Assembly: GCA_965240325.2 (NCBI GenBank)
Contig: OZ251233.1
Coordinates: 620,001-684,000, forward strand
Direction: 5' to 3'
DNA length: 64,000 bases
Source: Rebecca billardiae RCC1528
Taxonomy: Eukaryota; Protista; Haptophyta
How positions within the stretch are numbered: position 1 is the first letter of the stretch; every line of letters begins with the position of its first letter. Below are positions 47,031 through 59,091 of the stretch, piece after piece. The translations under genes were made by a program, and so were the position numbers. The notes beneath the pieces are model-generated. The model was not told the DNA's origin. It saw only the letters and a program-made list of their open reading frames with translations, and made no database searches.

Positions 47031-47111
47031 ATCAGCGGCCCCGGCCGGCTGGTAATCGCGGCATCACTGCTATCCGCCAGGCCGGGACTGGGCACCGGAG
47101 GCGCCGGCGTG

Positions 47112-50075
47112 ATGCGCCCCTCTTCGCCGCGGCGAGGGTGGGTCGCCGAGCCCAGAGAGGGCCGACGGCGATCACCGACGCCACCACGTGAGCGCCGGCG
47201 CAGTCGCTCGCCTGTCCGCAGCCGCTCGCACTCGCATGCGGGGCGGAGGCGCGGCCCGCCGAGCAGAGGCTACGGCCGTGGCCGCAGCCGCAGCTGCAGC
47301 CGGAGCCGCAGCCGCAGCCGGAGCCGGAGCCGCAGCCGCAGTTGCAGCCGCAGCCGGAGCCGAGGCTTTGTGAGATCGCGCCCGGGCCCCCTCGGCCACG
47401 TGCCCTCGCGCTCACGATCCCTCACGCCAAGCCCCCGCCGCGGCGCGCGCTATGGGCCGCGGCCGTCAACTTCTCGCGAGTGGGGCGGCGGAGGGCGCGG
47501 TCGAAGCGCGGGGCGCGGCCAAGCAGACGACTGGTGCGCGCGTCGGCCACCCGCGCGCCCTACCCCACCGCCGTGCGCACGTGCGCCCGGCCTGTGCCTT
47601 GGCGCCGCGTGCTCACACACGCACGGCTCTGATCGCCGCCGCCGCGCGCGCAGGCTCCCGCCTCGCGGACCGATCGCAAGCAGGCTCCTGTCCGCACGTG
47701 GAATCGGCGGCCGTGGAGGCCAGCCGGGCCGTGCCCTGGGAAACGGGAGCGGCGGGCAGCAGCCGCGCGCCCCGTTGGCGACGCCGAGTGGCAGCGCAGG
47801 TGGCGCAGGCGGCGCGGGCGAGCCGGCGCGGGCGCCGCCGCAGCCCCGCGCGTTCTCTGCCCAGGCCATCGGCCGCTCGCCGCCTCGTGCGGCGACGGCG
47901 AGTCTGGTCCAGCCACCGCCGGCTGCCTCATCCCGCGCGGAGCCCGCGGAGCCCCAAGACGTCCCCATGCCCGACGCGGACGCGGGCGAGCCGCGCGAGC
48001 CAGCCGCGGCCGGAGGCGCGAGCGTGCGCCTCCGGCTGCGCGTGGACAGGTTCCGCGAGCGAGCGCGGCTGCTGCGGGCGACAGGCGTCCGCGCGCCGCT
48101 CGCCGAGCGGATTGGCAAGGGCTTCAACGCGCGCTCGTGCGGCGGGGCCGACGGCGGCGGCGGCGCCGAGGAGGGCAGCGCAGGTACGGCCGCACTCGAG
48201 CAGGCGGAGAGCGAGGCGGAGGCGGAGCAGGTCGAGGCACTCTTCCTGCGCTTCGCCGCGCGGGAGCCGTCCCCGCCCAGCCCGACGCAGTCCGAGCCGG
48301 CGGCCGACGAGCTGGATGGCGCACGGCCGGGCGTGGGCAAGACAGCTCGGCCGGGCGTCACAGCCGCGCCCAAGCCGCGGCGCGCGGAGGAGGGCGACGG
48401 CGGCGGCGCTGCCGGCGGCGGCGGCGGCAACAGACCCCACTGCCTGCTCGCGCCGAGCGGCCGTGCGAGCGCCGGCGGCAGCGCCGGAGGCGGCGCGCGG
48501 CCGGGCGGCGGCAAGGGTAGCATCAGTAGCTCCTCAAAAGGCGGGCTCGGCAAGGGTACCTTTGGCAAGGGCGGCGTGGGCGGCGGGAAGGGCAGCCTGC
48601 TCGCGAGCACACCGCCTCGCGCGGCGACGCCGCCCATCTCTGCGCCCCACGCGGTGGCGGGCGCCGCCCTGGGCACCGTCGGGGGCAAGGACGTCTGGCT
48701 GCACGCCGTCGGCGCGCGCGGCGGCGAGCTCGCTGACGCAGCGGACTCGACGGCCGGGCCAGACGGCGGCGAGGGCTCCCACGCGCTGCCCCCGGCTGGC
48801 TCCGCGCTCAAGCCGCCCTCCGGGGCCGCGTTCACCGCGGGCGGCGGGAGCGGCGCCGACGGCGCTCGGCCACGCGAGCGCGGCGGCACGGTCACCAGCC
48901 AGGACTCAGCCTTCCGCGTGCAGCCAGCGACCGAAGAGAACTTCACGCAGGCCGGCCGGCGCGCGGACGGCCTGCGCCGGCGCGCGGAGCAGACGGACGA
49001 GCCGCAGCTCAAGGCGCACATGTGCATGCGCGCCGCGCTGGCGTACCTCGAGCAGGCGTGCATCATCGAGGTGCGCCGAGGCGGAGCGTGGCGCACGCCG
49101 CTGGGCGCGCCGCCACTCCCGCCCACACCGGCCGTGGCCGGCGCGCGCCGCGCATGCCGCCTCCGCCCTCACGCCCGCGCCGCCCGCTCCGGCGCGCCCG
49201 CCCTCCCGCGCGCGCAGGAGCTGCACACACACGCGGCCCTCACCCAGCCCGCGCGCAGGGTGCAGCTGCGTGCGCACGCCGACCGCTGCTTCAAGCAGTC
49301 GGCCTGCTACCTGCGCACGCACGCGGCTGTCGCCTACATTGACGACGACGACGAGGAGGGGGCGTCCGTCTGGTGCGCGCGCGCGCGCGGACGAGAGGCG
49401 GCGCGCCGCCCGCGCGCCGCCCGCGCGCCGCGCGGGACGCGCGCGCGCGGGTGCGCGGGTGCGTGCGCGCCGGGCGGCGGCCTCCCGCCCGCACGCTCAC
49501 CGGGCGGCGTGCCCGCGCTGTGCCCGCGCTGTGCCCGCGCTGTGCCCGCGCGCCGCGCGCCGTGCGCCGCGCGCCGTGCGCCGCGCAGCTTCAAGTGCGC
49601 GGCCGTGTGCACCATGCGCGTCGTCGCGCTCGACGGCAAGGGTCTCAAGCAGAGCTGGCACGCGCACAGGCAGGAGCTAGTCGATGCCGGGCTGCTCGGC
49701 CCAGCCGGCGCGCTCCGGCCGCTCGGCCCGGCGGGGGACGGCGCGGGCGGACGCACGGCGCCGCCCGCCGACGGCAGCCCGGCCCTGCCGCCCGCGCTGC
49801 AGCCGCAGTCGATCGCACTGCTCGAGCGGCTCGGCGAGTTTGTGCAGGCGGCGGAGGACTGGCAGAAGGGCGAGGTGCTCCGCCCAAAGCCGGCACTCGA
49901 CCTCCAGCCTGAGCGCACGCCCTCGCCCCCGCCGCCGCCCGCCGCGCGGCTGCTGGACAACTACGCCGTCGTCAGCACGTGTGATGCGATGGACTGCGTG
50001 CGCGCGTGGCTCGAGTCGCGCGCCATCAGTGCGGGCATCAGCGATGGCGACGGCGAGGATGGCTCCGGATTCTGA
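47112..50075 (+). CDS. RS-rich, largely disordered nuclear protein with a C-terminal AF4/FMR2-CHD- or plant CW-ZF-like helical domain; predicted introns 47534-47653, 49071-49217, 49373-49588
   Basis: RSRSRS tract. The spliced C-terminus reads ADGLRRRAE..KAHMCMRAALAYLEQACIIE-ELH..FKQSACYLR..EGASVCFKCAAVCTMRVV. The introns have the typical GTGCG..GCAG form. Confidence 0.6.
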   Translation: MRPSSPRRGWVAEPREGRRRSPTPPRERRRSRSPVRSRSHSHAGRRRGPPSRGYGRGRSRSCSRSRSRSRSRSRSRSCSRSRSRGFVRSRPGPLGHVPSRSRSLTPSPRRGARYGPRPSTSREWGGGGRGRSAGRGQADDWCARRPPARPTPPPCARAPGLCLGAACSHTHGSDRRRRARRLPPRGPIASRLLSARGIGGRGGQPGRALGNGSGGQQPRAPLATPSGSAGGAGGAGEPARAPPQPRAFSAQAIGRSPPRAATASLVQPPPAASSRAEPAEPQDVPMPDADAGEPREPAAAGGASVRLRLRVDRFRERARLLRATGVRAPLAERIGKGFNARSCGGADGGGGAEEGSAGTAALEQAESEAEAEQVEALFLRFAAREPSPPSPTQSEPAADELDGARPGVGKTARPGVTAAPKPRRAEEGDGGGAAGGGGGNRPHCLLAPSGRASAGGSAGGGARPGGGKGSISSSSKGGLGKGTFGKGGVGGGKGSLLASTPPRAATPPISAPHAVAGAALGTVGGKDVWLHAVGARGGELADAADSTAGPDGGEGSHALPPAGSALKPPSGAAFTAGGGSGADGARPRERGGTVTSQDSAFRVQPATEENFTQAGRRADGLRRRAEQTDEPQLKAHMCMRAALAYLEQACIIEVRRGGAWRTPLGAPPLPPTPAVAGARRACRLRPHARAARSGAPALPRAQELHTHAALTQPARRVQLRAHADRCFKQSACYLRTHAAVAYIDDDDEEGASVWCARARGREAARRPRAARAPRGTRARGCAGACAPGGGLPPARSPGGVPALCPRCARAVPARRAPCAARRAPRSFKCAAVCTMRVVALDGKGLKQSWHAHRQELVDAGLLGPAGALRPLGPAGDGAGGRTAPPADGSPALPPALQPQSIALLERLGEFVQAAEDWQKGEVLRPKPALDLQPERTPSPPPPPAARLLDNYAVVSTCDAMDCVRAWLESRAISAGISDGDGEDGSGF

Positions 50076-53074
50076 CTGTCAGGCATCAGGCCCTCGGTCC
50101 CGCAGCCGAGCGCGGCGTGGCCCGCCAATCTTGCACGCGCGTACACTACACGCGGCTCAGGCGCCTCGCAGGCGATCGAGATTATTGACGCGCCCGCGCG
50201 AACTCGGTCACACGACTCTGACAGACTTGAGACTGACTTATTAGAAGAGTGATGAGTCACAACACTCGATCGGAGACTGACTCTGCTAAGATGAGAACTG
50301 GGCCGTACACCGCAGACTACAGTGCCACGCAGTAGTCTTATAGACTTATAGAGTCGCGTCGTCAGACGGGGCTTATTACTGCTATATACTGCTGACGACT
50401 GCCACAGTGCAGGATTGGAATTTTCCGTGACGCTTCGGACGGTCCGCAGCTCGAGTCAGCGAATCCGGTCTCGGCCGGACAGTGGAACTCGGGTGGAAGC
50501 CGCGACTTCGCGGCGGACGGAGCCTCAAACGAGCGGTGCCTCGGCTCGCGGCGCGATCTACTCGGCGAAGACCGACGAGGCTGCTCGCGGGCCCGACTAT
50601 GCGTCGACGCGGGCTGGGGTCGTCTTCCGCGTGGCGCTGGGCAAGTTCCTCGCCGCCCTGACGGGTGCTCTCCTTTCGCCCTCACGGCGCGCGCGGTGCG
50701 TTTCGCGAGCTTCTTGCATGCGCCGCCCGCGGTTGCGCCCGAGCCTGATGCTTCAGTCGACACGGCAGGTGGCTCGCGCAGGGTGGGATTGTGTGCGGGT
50801 GCCGCTGGCGGTGCGTCTCACCCTCCTGAAATTGTGTGGGAGGCTGTGACATTGCACGCGTACACCCCGCCACGCCCGCGGCCCGCCCGCGCAAACGCCG
50901 CGCCGCGCAGTTGTCTTTGACCTCGAGCGAGCCTGAGGCGTGGAGGCGACCGACGGCGGGGTGCGACTTGCCCACCGACCCGAGCCGCATCACCCAGCGC
51001 AGCCTCGCCCGCGACGACGCTTCGCCTGGCTGCCACTGCTCAGCCGCGTGCAAGGCGGGCTGGGCGACGTCTTTGCCGAGCGCGGCTGCAGCGCAGCACG
51101 CGAGAGGCTGGAGCGCCATGACGCGGATGGCGGAGCGGGCTTTGGGCTGGCTGGCATGAGCCGCCAGGCTGTACCGTCCGCGCAGATCGCGCTCGGCCCG
51201 GCCGCAGCCCTCCTGAGCGCGCGCCTCAGAGCTGAGACTGATCACGTGCACGCGCACAAGCCACACTGCCGTGGCTGTGTCGAGCAGCTGCGTGTGCTCG
51301 AGGCGCGGCGCTCGCACGGGCCACGCGGGCGCAGCGGGTGCGCGCAGCTGGCGCACGCAGTGCCACGTCCTGCCGCGCCAGTTTGGCGGCCGTCCGCCCC
51401 CCCGAGCTCGAGTTCTGCGCGCTTTGCGACGGCGCGGCCGGCCGCGCCCATCTTCATGCTTGGGCACGCCAGCATGGCCGCCGCCGGGCCTGCTGCGCGC
51501 GCCGAAGCTGGAGGGCGGAGGAGGGCGCTGGGCTGCTCCTACGGCGTGCTGCAGCCCGGGCAGGCTTTTCCGCGGCGCGGCGAGGCCGTCGCGCCTGCTC
51601 GCCGCCGTCGAGTCGCCCGTGCTGAGTGACCGTCGGCCGCATGTGCTCGGCGGCACCGCAGGCAGGCGTCCCATACCAGTGTGCTCGAGCCGCTGCGCGC
51701 ACCCAAGGCGAGCTGCTCGAGCGGGCTAGGTGGGCCCACGGAGTGCGCGCAGCTGGCGCACGCAGCCCCGCGTCATGGGGTGTCGGTTTGACGGTCGCCA
51801 GCCCCCGTGGGCTCGAGCTCTGTGCGCTTCACCACGGAGGTGCCGACGGCGCCCCGCGGCGCGCAACGGCGTGGCAGCATGGCCGCCGCCGGCGCCGCCG
51901 CACATGCCGCCGCTTACGGGCAGTCGAGAGCTTGGGGCAGCACCTACGGCATGCTGCAGCTCGGGCGGGCTCTGCCAGCCTGCTGTGGCGTGATCGCGCA
52001 TTTTCCAGACCGTCGACTCGCCCGCGCTGCATATTTGTTTGCTGCGCGTGCTCGACGGCGCCGCTGCTGCCGCTACGGCCGCGCGTTGCTGCGTCGCGAG
52101 CGAGCCCGATGCGAGCTGAACGGCGGCGTGCTCATCGCTGCTGGCGCAGATGGGCGCGTCATGGTGGCCACGCACGATGCTGAGTGCTCGCGCGTGCCAG
52201 ACGAGGCGCGTGCTCGCGCTGTGGCTCAATGTCCGGCAGTGCGCGTGGCAGGCCGCAGCTGCTCGACAACAGAACCAGCGGGCAGTGATCGGGCTGCGCG
52301 CGCGCAGCTGATGGCGGCGAACGAGCGAGCCCGCACCGCCGCGCAAGGGCTGGGCGACTGGCGCCGAGGTGGCGCGCACGTCGTCCGCTGCCGTTGGCAT
52401 CGCGGCGGACGCTTCAAGCTCGTTCGGCCGGCGTGTTTTCTCCGACGCCCACCTGCGAGCGCTGCCGGCACCGTGCTCGGGCGTCAGTATCGGTGGGCTC
52501 GAGCACGCGTGGTGAGGCGCTCGGAGCGGTCGACGGCCATGATCGGGCAGCGCACGGTGGGCGCAGGCCACGCGCACGCCAGCGCCCCGCGTGGCGTGGC
52601 TTCACGGGGCGCAGCCACCAGGAGACTGTGCTGCGACGAGCTCGGGCGCGCTCGGGCGCCGCTGCTCTGCATTTTCCCGAAAAATCGGTTTTCGTGCCCT
52701 CGACCGGCGGTATGCCGCCGGGGTGGCCGCAGCTGCGCTCGGAGCAGCGCGCACGCGCACCGCCGTGTGCGCCCGCCCGCTTTCGCCGCCGCCGAGCTCG
52801 AGCACAGCGCTGCGCGGGGCTGCGTAATGCCAACGGCGCATGATTTTTTGCCCGCGCCGAGCGCGCGTCGGCGCGCGCAGCGCGCTCAGGTGTGGCCTGC
52901 TACCAAGGTCTGTGCCACGATTCGACGCGCCTATGGTGCGCCGAATTTAGGCGCACCGCTTCAGAATTGTCCGATGATTCGACTAGTGGTGCGGACAACT
53001 TAAAACGTCACCCTGAGCAGTTTTCCGGCACTGTGGCTCGTAACCATATGATGATACGACGAGGACGCGACTGC

Positions 53075-53077
<3 letters not shown>

Positions 53078-53167
<90 letters not shown>
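53078..53167 (+). repeat. (CT)n microsatellite
   Basis: Direct observation. Confidence 0.97.
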
Positions 53168-53169
<2 letters not shown>

Positions 53170-54186
53170 TACGACGATTACTGCTAATATAATAATGACC
53201 GCGTTCCGCGGTCCTTTTCCGTAGAACGAACGTAGTTCGGGGCCCGCGGTGGCGGTGCACCCTCCGTCGCAGTCGTCCCGTACACGTGTAACTAGACTCC
53301 ATCCAGCGGCGCGCCGCCCCAGCGCCGCGCCGCCGCCGGCGTGCGCCGAGTGTGGATGTCGGTCGTCGGCCGAGCTGCCCTCATCACAGACGGCCCTTAC
53401 CTGACCCCCTGCGCGTGCGCGACGGCCGACAGGCGGATGCGACTCGGCGTGATCGACGCACGAGCGCGACTGTTGCACGCCAGGCCACCGGCGGAGCTGA
53501 CTGACAGCCAGGGAGCCGGACGGCGCGGGACCGCGCGGATTCGACCGTTCGTTCGGGCCTGCCGCTGACCGTCGTCGCCGCGACGCCAGCAGCGCAGGAG
53601 TAGATGATCTGCAGGTCAGTAGGATTCGACCTGCGCGCCTGCGCGACGGCCGACAGGCGGGCGCGAGGCGTGAGCGACGCATGAGCGCGACTCTACGTGC
53701 ACACCAGGCACCACGCGGCCGAGCTGACTGACCGCGAGCCAGGGAGCACGGTGCGAGCAGCCATGCAGCACCGGTGCTTGCGCGCGCCGCGCGTGCACGG
53801 GGTGACACACCTCGGTCAGGCTCGGCACGCGTCGCAGAGGCACGGCCAGCTCTGGGCACGCCAGGCGCCCAGGCCACGCGGAGCTGACAGCCACGGGGAG
53901 CCGACGGCGCGCGGGGCCGCGGCCAGTTCCGAGTAGGGGGTCCATCAGATTAAATTGAGTTTTGATTTTCTTTTCTTTTCCATTCAGAACTTGTTCGGCG
54001 GGTTTTCGCGATCGGCAGATTCCAAATCCGCGCTCGGCTGGCCCCGGCGCGGGAGCGGAGCTCTGAACGGGGTCGGCGAGGCTGATGGCCCTCATCGACG
54101 GCCGTCCGCTCGCCATTGGGCGCACCCACCTCGGTGCAGGCGCCTCGTCAAGCGGCTGGGCGGCTGCGGACGGGTAGCCATGACTC

Positions 54187-55692
54187 GTGCGGACCGGGCT
54201 CTCGCTGGGAGTCGTGGTCCAACCGAAGCTCGTGCTTCATAATTTGCATCTGCGTGCTCAACGTGTGCTGCTCGCGACCAAGGAGCGAGTCCTAGCAGCA
54301 CGTGCTGGCGACCTACGCGGAGACGAACATGACCTACGCGGTGGGGTGGACATTGACAACGACTCGACGCAGCCTCCTTGCCCACCCGACGCCGCGCTCT
54401 CGCGCTCTGACGCTCCCCGCGGGCCTCTGCCGCAAGGGCCGCTCGACGTCGATCAACTTGCTGACCGCCGTGCCGGGCATGACGAGGTCCAGGGCGTGGC
54501 GGATGATGATGTGCGCGTGTCCATGGACATGTGCGACCCGCCCGAGGTCCCCGCCAGCACCGCAGAGGGGCTCACCTCCTCCGCGGACGGCCACGATGGC
54601 GTGCAGCAGTCAAGGCTCGAGCTGCCGCCAGACATCAACGTCCGCGTGGAGCAGGTCGAGGAGACGGCGGCGGCGGCGCGCGCCATTCACGTGATGCACA
54701 CTTTTGGCTGCCGCTTCGTGGCCGGCACGCACCCGCGGTACGCATCGGTGCTCAACTTCGTGCTCCTCGACCTCCTCCGCACGCTCGTGGACCTCATGCT
54801 CGAGAAGAACTTGAGAAAGCGCAAGCAGTTGGTCAGAGTGTTCACCGCGGCGTACGCCCAGACCGCGGGCGACGGTGGGATGAGGAAGCCCAAGAAGGTC
54901 GCGCACGCCTGCGCGGACGTGCACGGCATCTCGGCACGCCACGACTCGCCGCGGCTCGAGATGATCGGCAACTGGCTGATGACCGTGCACAGGTGGTCGA
55001 AGGGCAAGCGCCAGGACGTGGAGCGCATCCTGAGCCGGAAGCTGGGCGCGTCGGCGGCGGAGAGGTTGGCGGAGCTGGACACCGACGACCAGTTGCTGGG
55101 CACCGCCCACGTCAGCTGCCCCTTCCGCGACCTCGACTCGCACCCCGACGCTGACGCGCCGCGCATTTCCGCATCAGGCCGCGTGCCGGTGCCGCTGCAC
55201 GAGCAGCGCGTGACTCCTGCTGAGCACGCGATCATCTCGGAGCAGCAGGTGGAGCTGGACTCGTCGCGCAAGGCGACCGCGCGCGCCGTCGCCGACGCTG
55301 CGCGCGCCAGCTTGCGCGCCGACGAAGCCGAGCGCAGCGCGTGCTGTGGCACAGATCGCGCTGCGGCCGAGCGGGCGGCCATGGCTGCCGACGGCGCCGA
55401 GCTCAAGCGCGAGAGGAGAGCGGCGGAGCTTCGGGGCGAGCGCGTGGCGAAGCGCGCGCAGTCCGTCGCAGTAGCGGTGAACCGGTGGCAGCCTCGCGTG
55501 GGCCGGGGTACGACGAACGGCGACGATGCCGGTGACACAGAGTACGGGCTTGGAAGTCGCCGAACGGACCGCGGCAAGCTTTATGGCGGCGGCAATCGAC
55601 TGCCAGTCTGCGCACGCAAGCCTCGACGGCGGAGCCGGAGGGCTCTCCTGCCAGTGTTGGGATGGTGGCATGCTCAGAGGTGGTCTTGCTAG
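54187..55692 (+). pseudogene. Coding-like remnant of unknown family, possibly TE-derived
   Basis: The central part has protein-like composition (HTFGCRFVAGTHPRYASVLNFVLLDLLRTLVDLMLEKNLRKRK..GNWLMTVHRW). The ends look frameshifted and no family was recognised. Confidence 0.35.
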
Positions 55693-57285
55693 TGTGCCTC
55701 GGCACGCAGCCCGCCGCCCGCATCAGGCCCGTCCGGGCCTGCTGCGGCACTGTTCGACTGTGGCATGAGCAGCCGCAGTGCCGCTGCTCCGCGGCGGCGG
55801 CGGCCTATTCGGATGGCCCAGTCTCAATATTGAACACGGTACCCACATATAGGCACCAATATGAATATATATAGGAGAGTGCACCCGTATTATATATTAA
55901 CGGGTAAGTCTGTGCGTATGTGCGGGTAGGGGGTCTCTAATTAAATGGGTAAAATGCTCGATCTTGGAGTAGTTTTTCACCGACCGCTACGCGCACTCAT
56001 CATGCCTACTAAAATTTAGCAATTCCACCCTAATTTTGTTGGGGCGGGTTGCAACGGTTATGAATAAGTAAGTCCGACGACATATCGTCATTTAGCCGCC
56101 ATCACAAGTCCTTGACGTTTGGCTGAATCTGTATGTGACACAGTGGCGCAGCTGGCGTGCGCGCACGACCGCGCGACGGCGCGCGGAGTCGGTTTTGAGT
56201 GCTTCCAACGGCTGGGCTGGGCTCTGGGACATATTTGTAAGCGACTCCGCAAGCGCCACGCTCGTCAGACACCTAAATCGCATGGTTGTCGAAAAGCACA
56301 AATCAATGGGCTGCTGTCATGGACCCCCTATTCCGAGTTCGACTTGCGCCTGCTCTGAAGAAGAGTTCTGGGAGACCCTGGCGGAGAGGCATGGCAAGGG
56401 GGGCGTGTGGTGAAGTCGGAGACTCAGAGATCGATCAGTCCGGCATCATGCGCCGCTGCCCCCGAGCTTGCGAGAGCCCGAACACAGGGCGGCGGCTGCG
56501 GCGGCGGCGGCGCGGCCGCGCGCCGGCCGGCCGCGCAGGCATCGACAGGGCGCGGCAGGGGCGTGCGGAGTGACTAGTGAGCGGGCACGAACGCGATGTC
56601 GACGGCCGTCGGGACCCGCCGCAGACGCGCGCTCCAGGCGCCACTCGGCACTTGCCACGCGCACCTGCCCATCGAGCGCCCCCTTGGAGGCTTGGACCAA
56701 GAGTCGTCGCGGCTCGCTCGCCACCCCGAAGCGGAACCTGCGCGTCACGTGCTTGCGACGGCGGCAGGTTTCCCACAAAATCGCGCTCGTAACGAACCGT
56801 TACACTAATGTCACGTCCAGCTGACGTCCAGATCGCACTTTACTTAAGGGAATCAGCTGGGCGCGGTTATTTTCGGCCTAATAGACCTCTCTATGCGATC
56901 TCAAAAACTCGAAACTCGGTCTCCGCCAGCCCTAAAAATCGCCCCCCGTCCCTTTTTTCTTGATCAAAGATCTTTTTGAAACGTGGTTCGGGCCCGCTGG
57001 TGCGGGCTCCACGCTGCGCGCTCCGCCCTGCACCGCGGGCCATAATGCTGCTGCTGAGGCTCCGGAGTTCGGTCCACCCCCCCCAGTCCGGTCCACCACC
57101 CCCAGTTCGGACTGGTCGACTGGAGCGTTACATGGCTTGACACTGCTATCGGCGGGATCGCCGCGCCTCTGATTGATAGTGATATAGTCTACGATAGCTC
57201 CTACTACTAATTTTCAAGACCACCCCAGGCGGTCCCTTGCCCTTGGACAGACATTACGATTTACGGCCAGATGGATCATCAGCCA

Positions 57286-57460
57286 CACCTCCAATAGGTT
57301 CAGACTCTATTTTCTATAACGAAATACCCAGTCCGGGTACCGTTTTCGAATATGTATATATGCAGGTGCCCGGCCCACGCTCGGACCGGACTGTGCTGAA
57401 ATCTGAGTGACGGGGCGGGTAATTACATAGTAAAAATAGAGTCTGAACCTATTGGGAGGT
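57286..57460. repeat. Small inverted-repeat element (~30-bp arms), MITE-like
   Basis: ACCTCCAATAGGTTCAGACTCTATTTT vs AAAAATAGAGTCTGAACCTATTGGGAGGT. No clear TSD. Confidence 0.6.
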
Positions 57461-58015
57461 GGTCGGATATGCGACATTTCTCGTTGAAGGACTTCATCAA
57501 TGGGGGGTCGGAATAAGGGACTCTGCTGCATGGTCCGCTTGGTTGACTTCGGCTCGGGGCCAAGACGTAACGGAGCTGGGGGGGGTGGACCGGAGCCGGA
57601 GCCCTGACGCGATGATGGTTATGAATCAGCCGAAGGCAAAGCGCGCTTGCGGGCCTGCGCCTGCGACGCGCGACGCCCGCGGAATTCGAGGCCGCTGCCC
57701 GTGCCAGGCGTGATGGCCAGCAGCATGTGCAGCGCGCCGTGGGGGGCGGCGCGATGGGACCGCGCCGTGTGACGTGTCCGATAAGCGCGGTCGCTCCACG
57801 CTCGCAGCTCGCGGTGAGACTGGCATCCGATCCGCAACACCGTTCACCGAGCGCTGTCAGCAGCTCGCAGTGACGATCGCCGAGACCGAACAACTACGAA
57901 GATGAACGACAAAGTCGTCGTCGTCGCATCGTGATGTCAGCGAGGAAGCCCGCCTCTCGCGCGGATGTTGGCGACACGCGAAACGGCGCGAACGCCTGCA
58001 CGAGCGATGCGCTCG

Positions 58016-58876
58016 TCACCGCGCCTGCAGCTCCGGGAACAGCTCCGCGCGCATGCGCCCCACGTACTCCACGAGGTTGGGGCACGTGTTTGCCAGCTCG
58101 ACCAGCGAGTGCCGCCACTCGCCCTGCATGAAGCACGCGCAGAAGGCGTACACGGTCGCGTCGACGCTGGAGGGCTTGTCCCCGAAGAAGTAGCGCTTGG
58201 AGCCGAGGTACGTGGAGACGGCGAGGATCTGCTTGCCGATCTTCGAGGTCACCTCCGCGTCCGTGTGCCGCCCCGTGCCCTGCGCCCACTGCTCCTCGAG
58301 CACCTTGGCGCGCAGCGCATGCGCGACGCGCACGCGCACCTCGGCCGGCACCGAGGAGAAGAAGGTGTTGACGGTGACGCGCTCGAACTGGCTGGTGGCC
58401 CAGCGCACGTGGATCACACCCCAGTACACCGACTCCTCGAGCATGGCCCCGAACGCTGTCGCGACCGCTCTCTGCTCCTCGCTCAGCCAGCTGTCGAGCT
58501 TTTTGCCAAAGCCCGCTTGCCGCAGCCGCTCGACCACAAAGTGCGCGTCGCTCACGACTTCGGCGCCGAGGACGCCGCCCGTGGCGAACGGGCGCTTGCT
58601 CTTAGGGGCGGGCACGTGGGCTGACCTCGCGTTGTCGACGTAGTCGTACGGCACATGCGCGAGCCGGCAGAAGGCCAGCAGCCGCGCGCACGCGGGAGAG
58701 AGGTCCGGGTCGTTGCGGATGGGCATGACGCCGTAGACGCGCAGCTTTGCCGGCGGGAGCGGTACGCTCACAGAGGTCTTCTTCGCCGCGTGCCGACGAC
58801 GGCGTAGGACGTGCAAGCACACGGTCGCCGCGGCGACGGCGGAGAGAGCAAGGAGCTCGCCCTTGATGCTCGGCAT
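58016..58876 (-). CDS. FAX (failed axon connections)/metaxin-like glutathione S-transferase-fold protein with N-terminal membrane anchor
   Basis: LSPACARLLAFCRL, APKSKRPF, VSDAHFVVERL, LDSWLSEEQRA..MLEESVYW..RW, QGTGRH, LGSKRYFFGDKPSSVDATVYAF. Confidence 0.88.
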   Translation of the reverse strand: MPSIKGELLALSAVAAATVCLHVLRRRRHAAKKTSVSVPLPPAKLRVYGVMPIRNDPDLSPACARLLAFCRLAHVPYDYVDNARSAHVPAPKSKRPFATGGVLGAEVVSDAHFVVERLRQAGFGKKLDSWLSEEQRAVATAFGAMLEESVYWGVIHVRWATSQFERVTVNTFFSSVPAEVRVRVAHALRAKVLEEQWAQGTGRHTDAEVTSKIGKQILAVSTYLGSKRYFFGDKPSSVDATVYAFCACFMQGEWRHSLVELANTCPNLVEYVGRMRAELFPELQAR

Positions 58877-59091
58877 GGGTTTTCGAGCAGAGATCGCGAG
58901 CGCCGAGCGAGCGAGCCGCCGAGCCCGAGGTGCTGAACCGTTCTGAGTACTACTTCTGAAGCGCTCAGATTGATACAAGTACCCACATTACCCAATATAC
59001 CTAGGCGGGCCAAGCCTACTGTAGCAATTGTTGTCGTGGCATGATACTATGATGCAAGTGCCCGCGATGGCGGCCAAAAGAGCGCGGTCCG

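Noticed and set aside
56940-57610. Larger nested inverted-repeat element around the 57286-57460 hairpin
   Set aside because: Partial inverted matches exist (57056-57092 vs 57570-57605), but their order is not properly nested and no termini or TSD could be defined.
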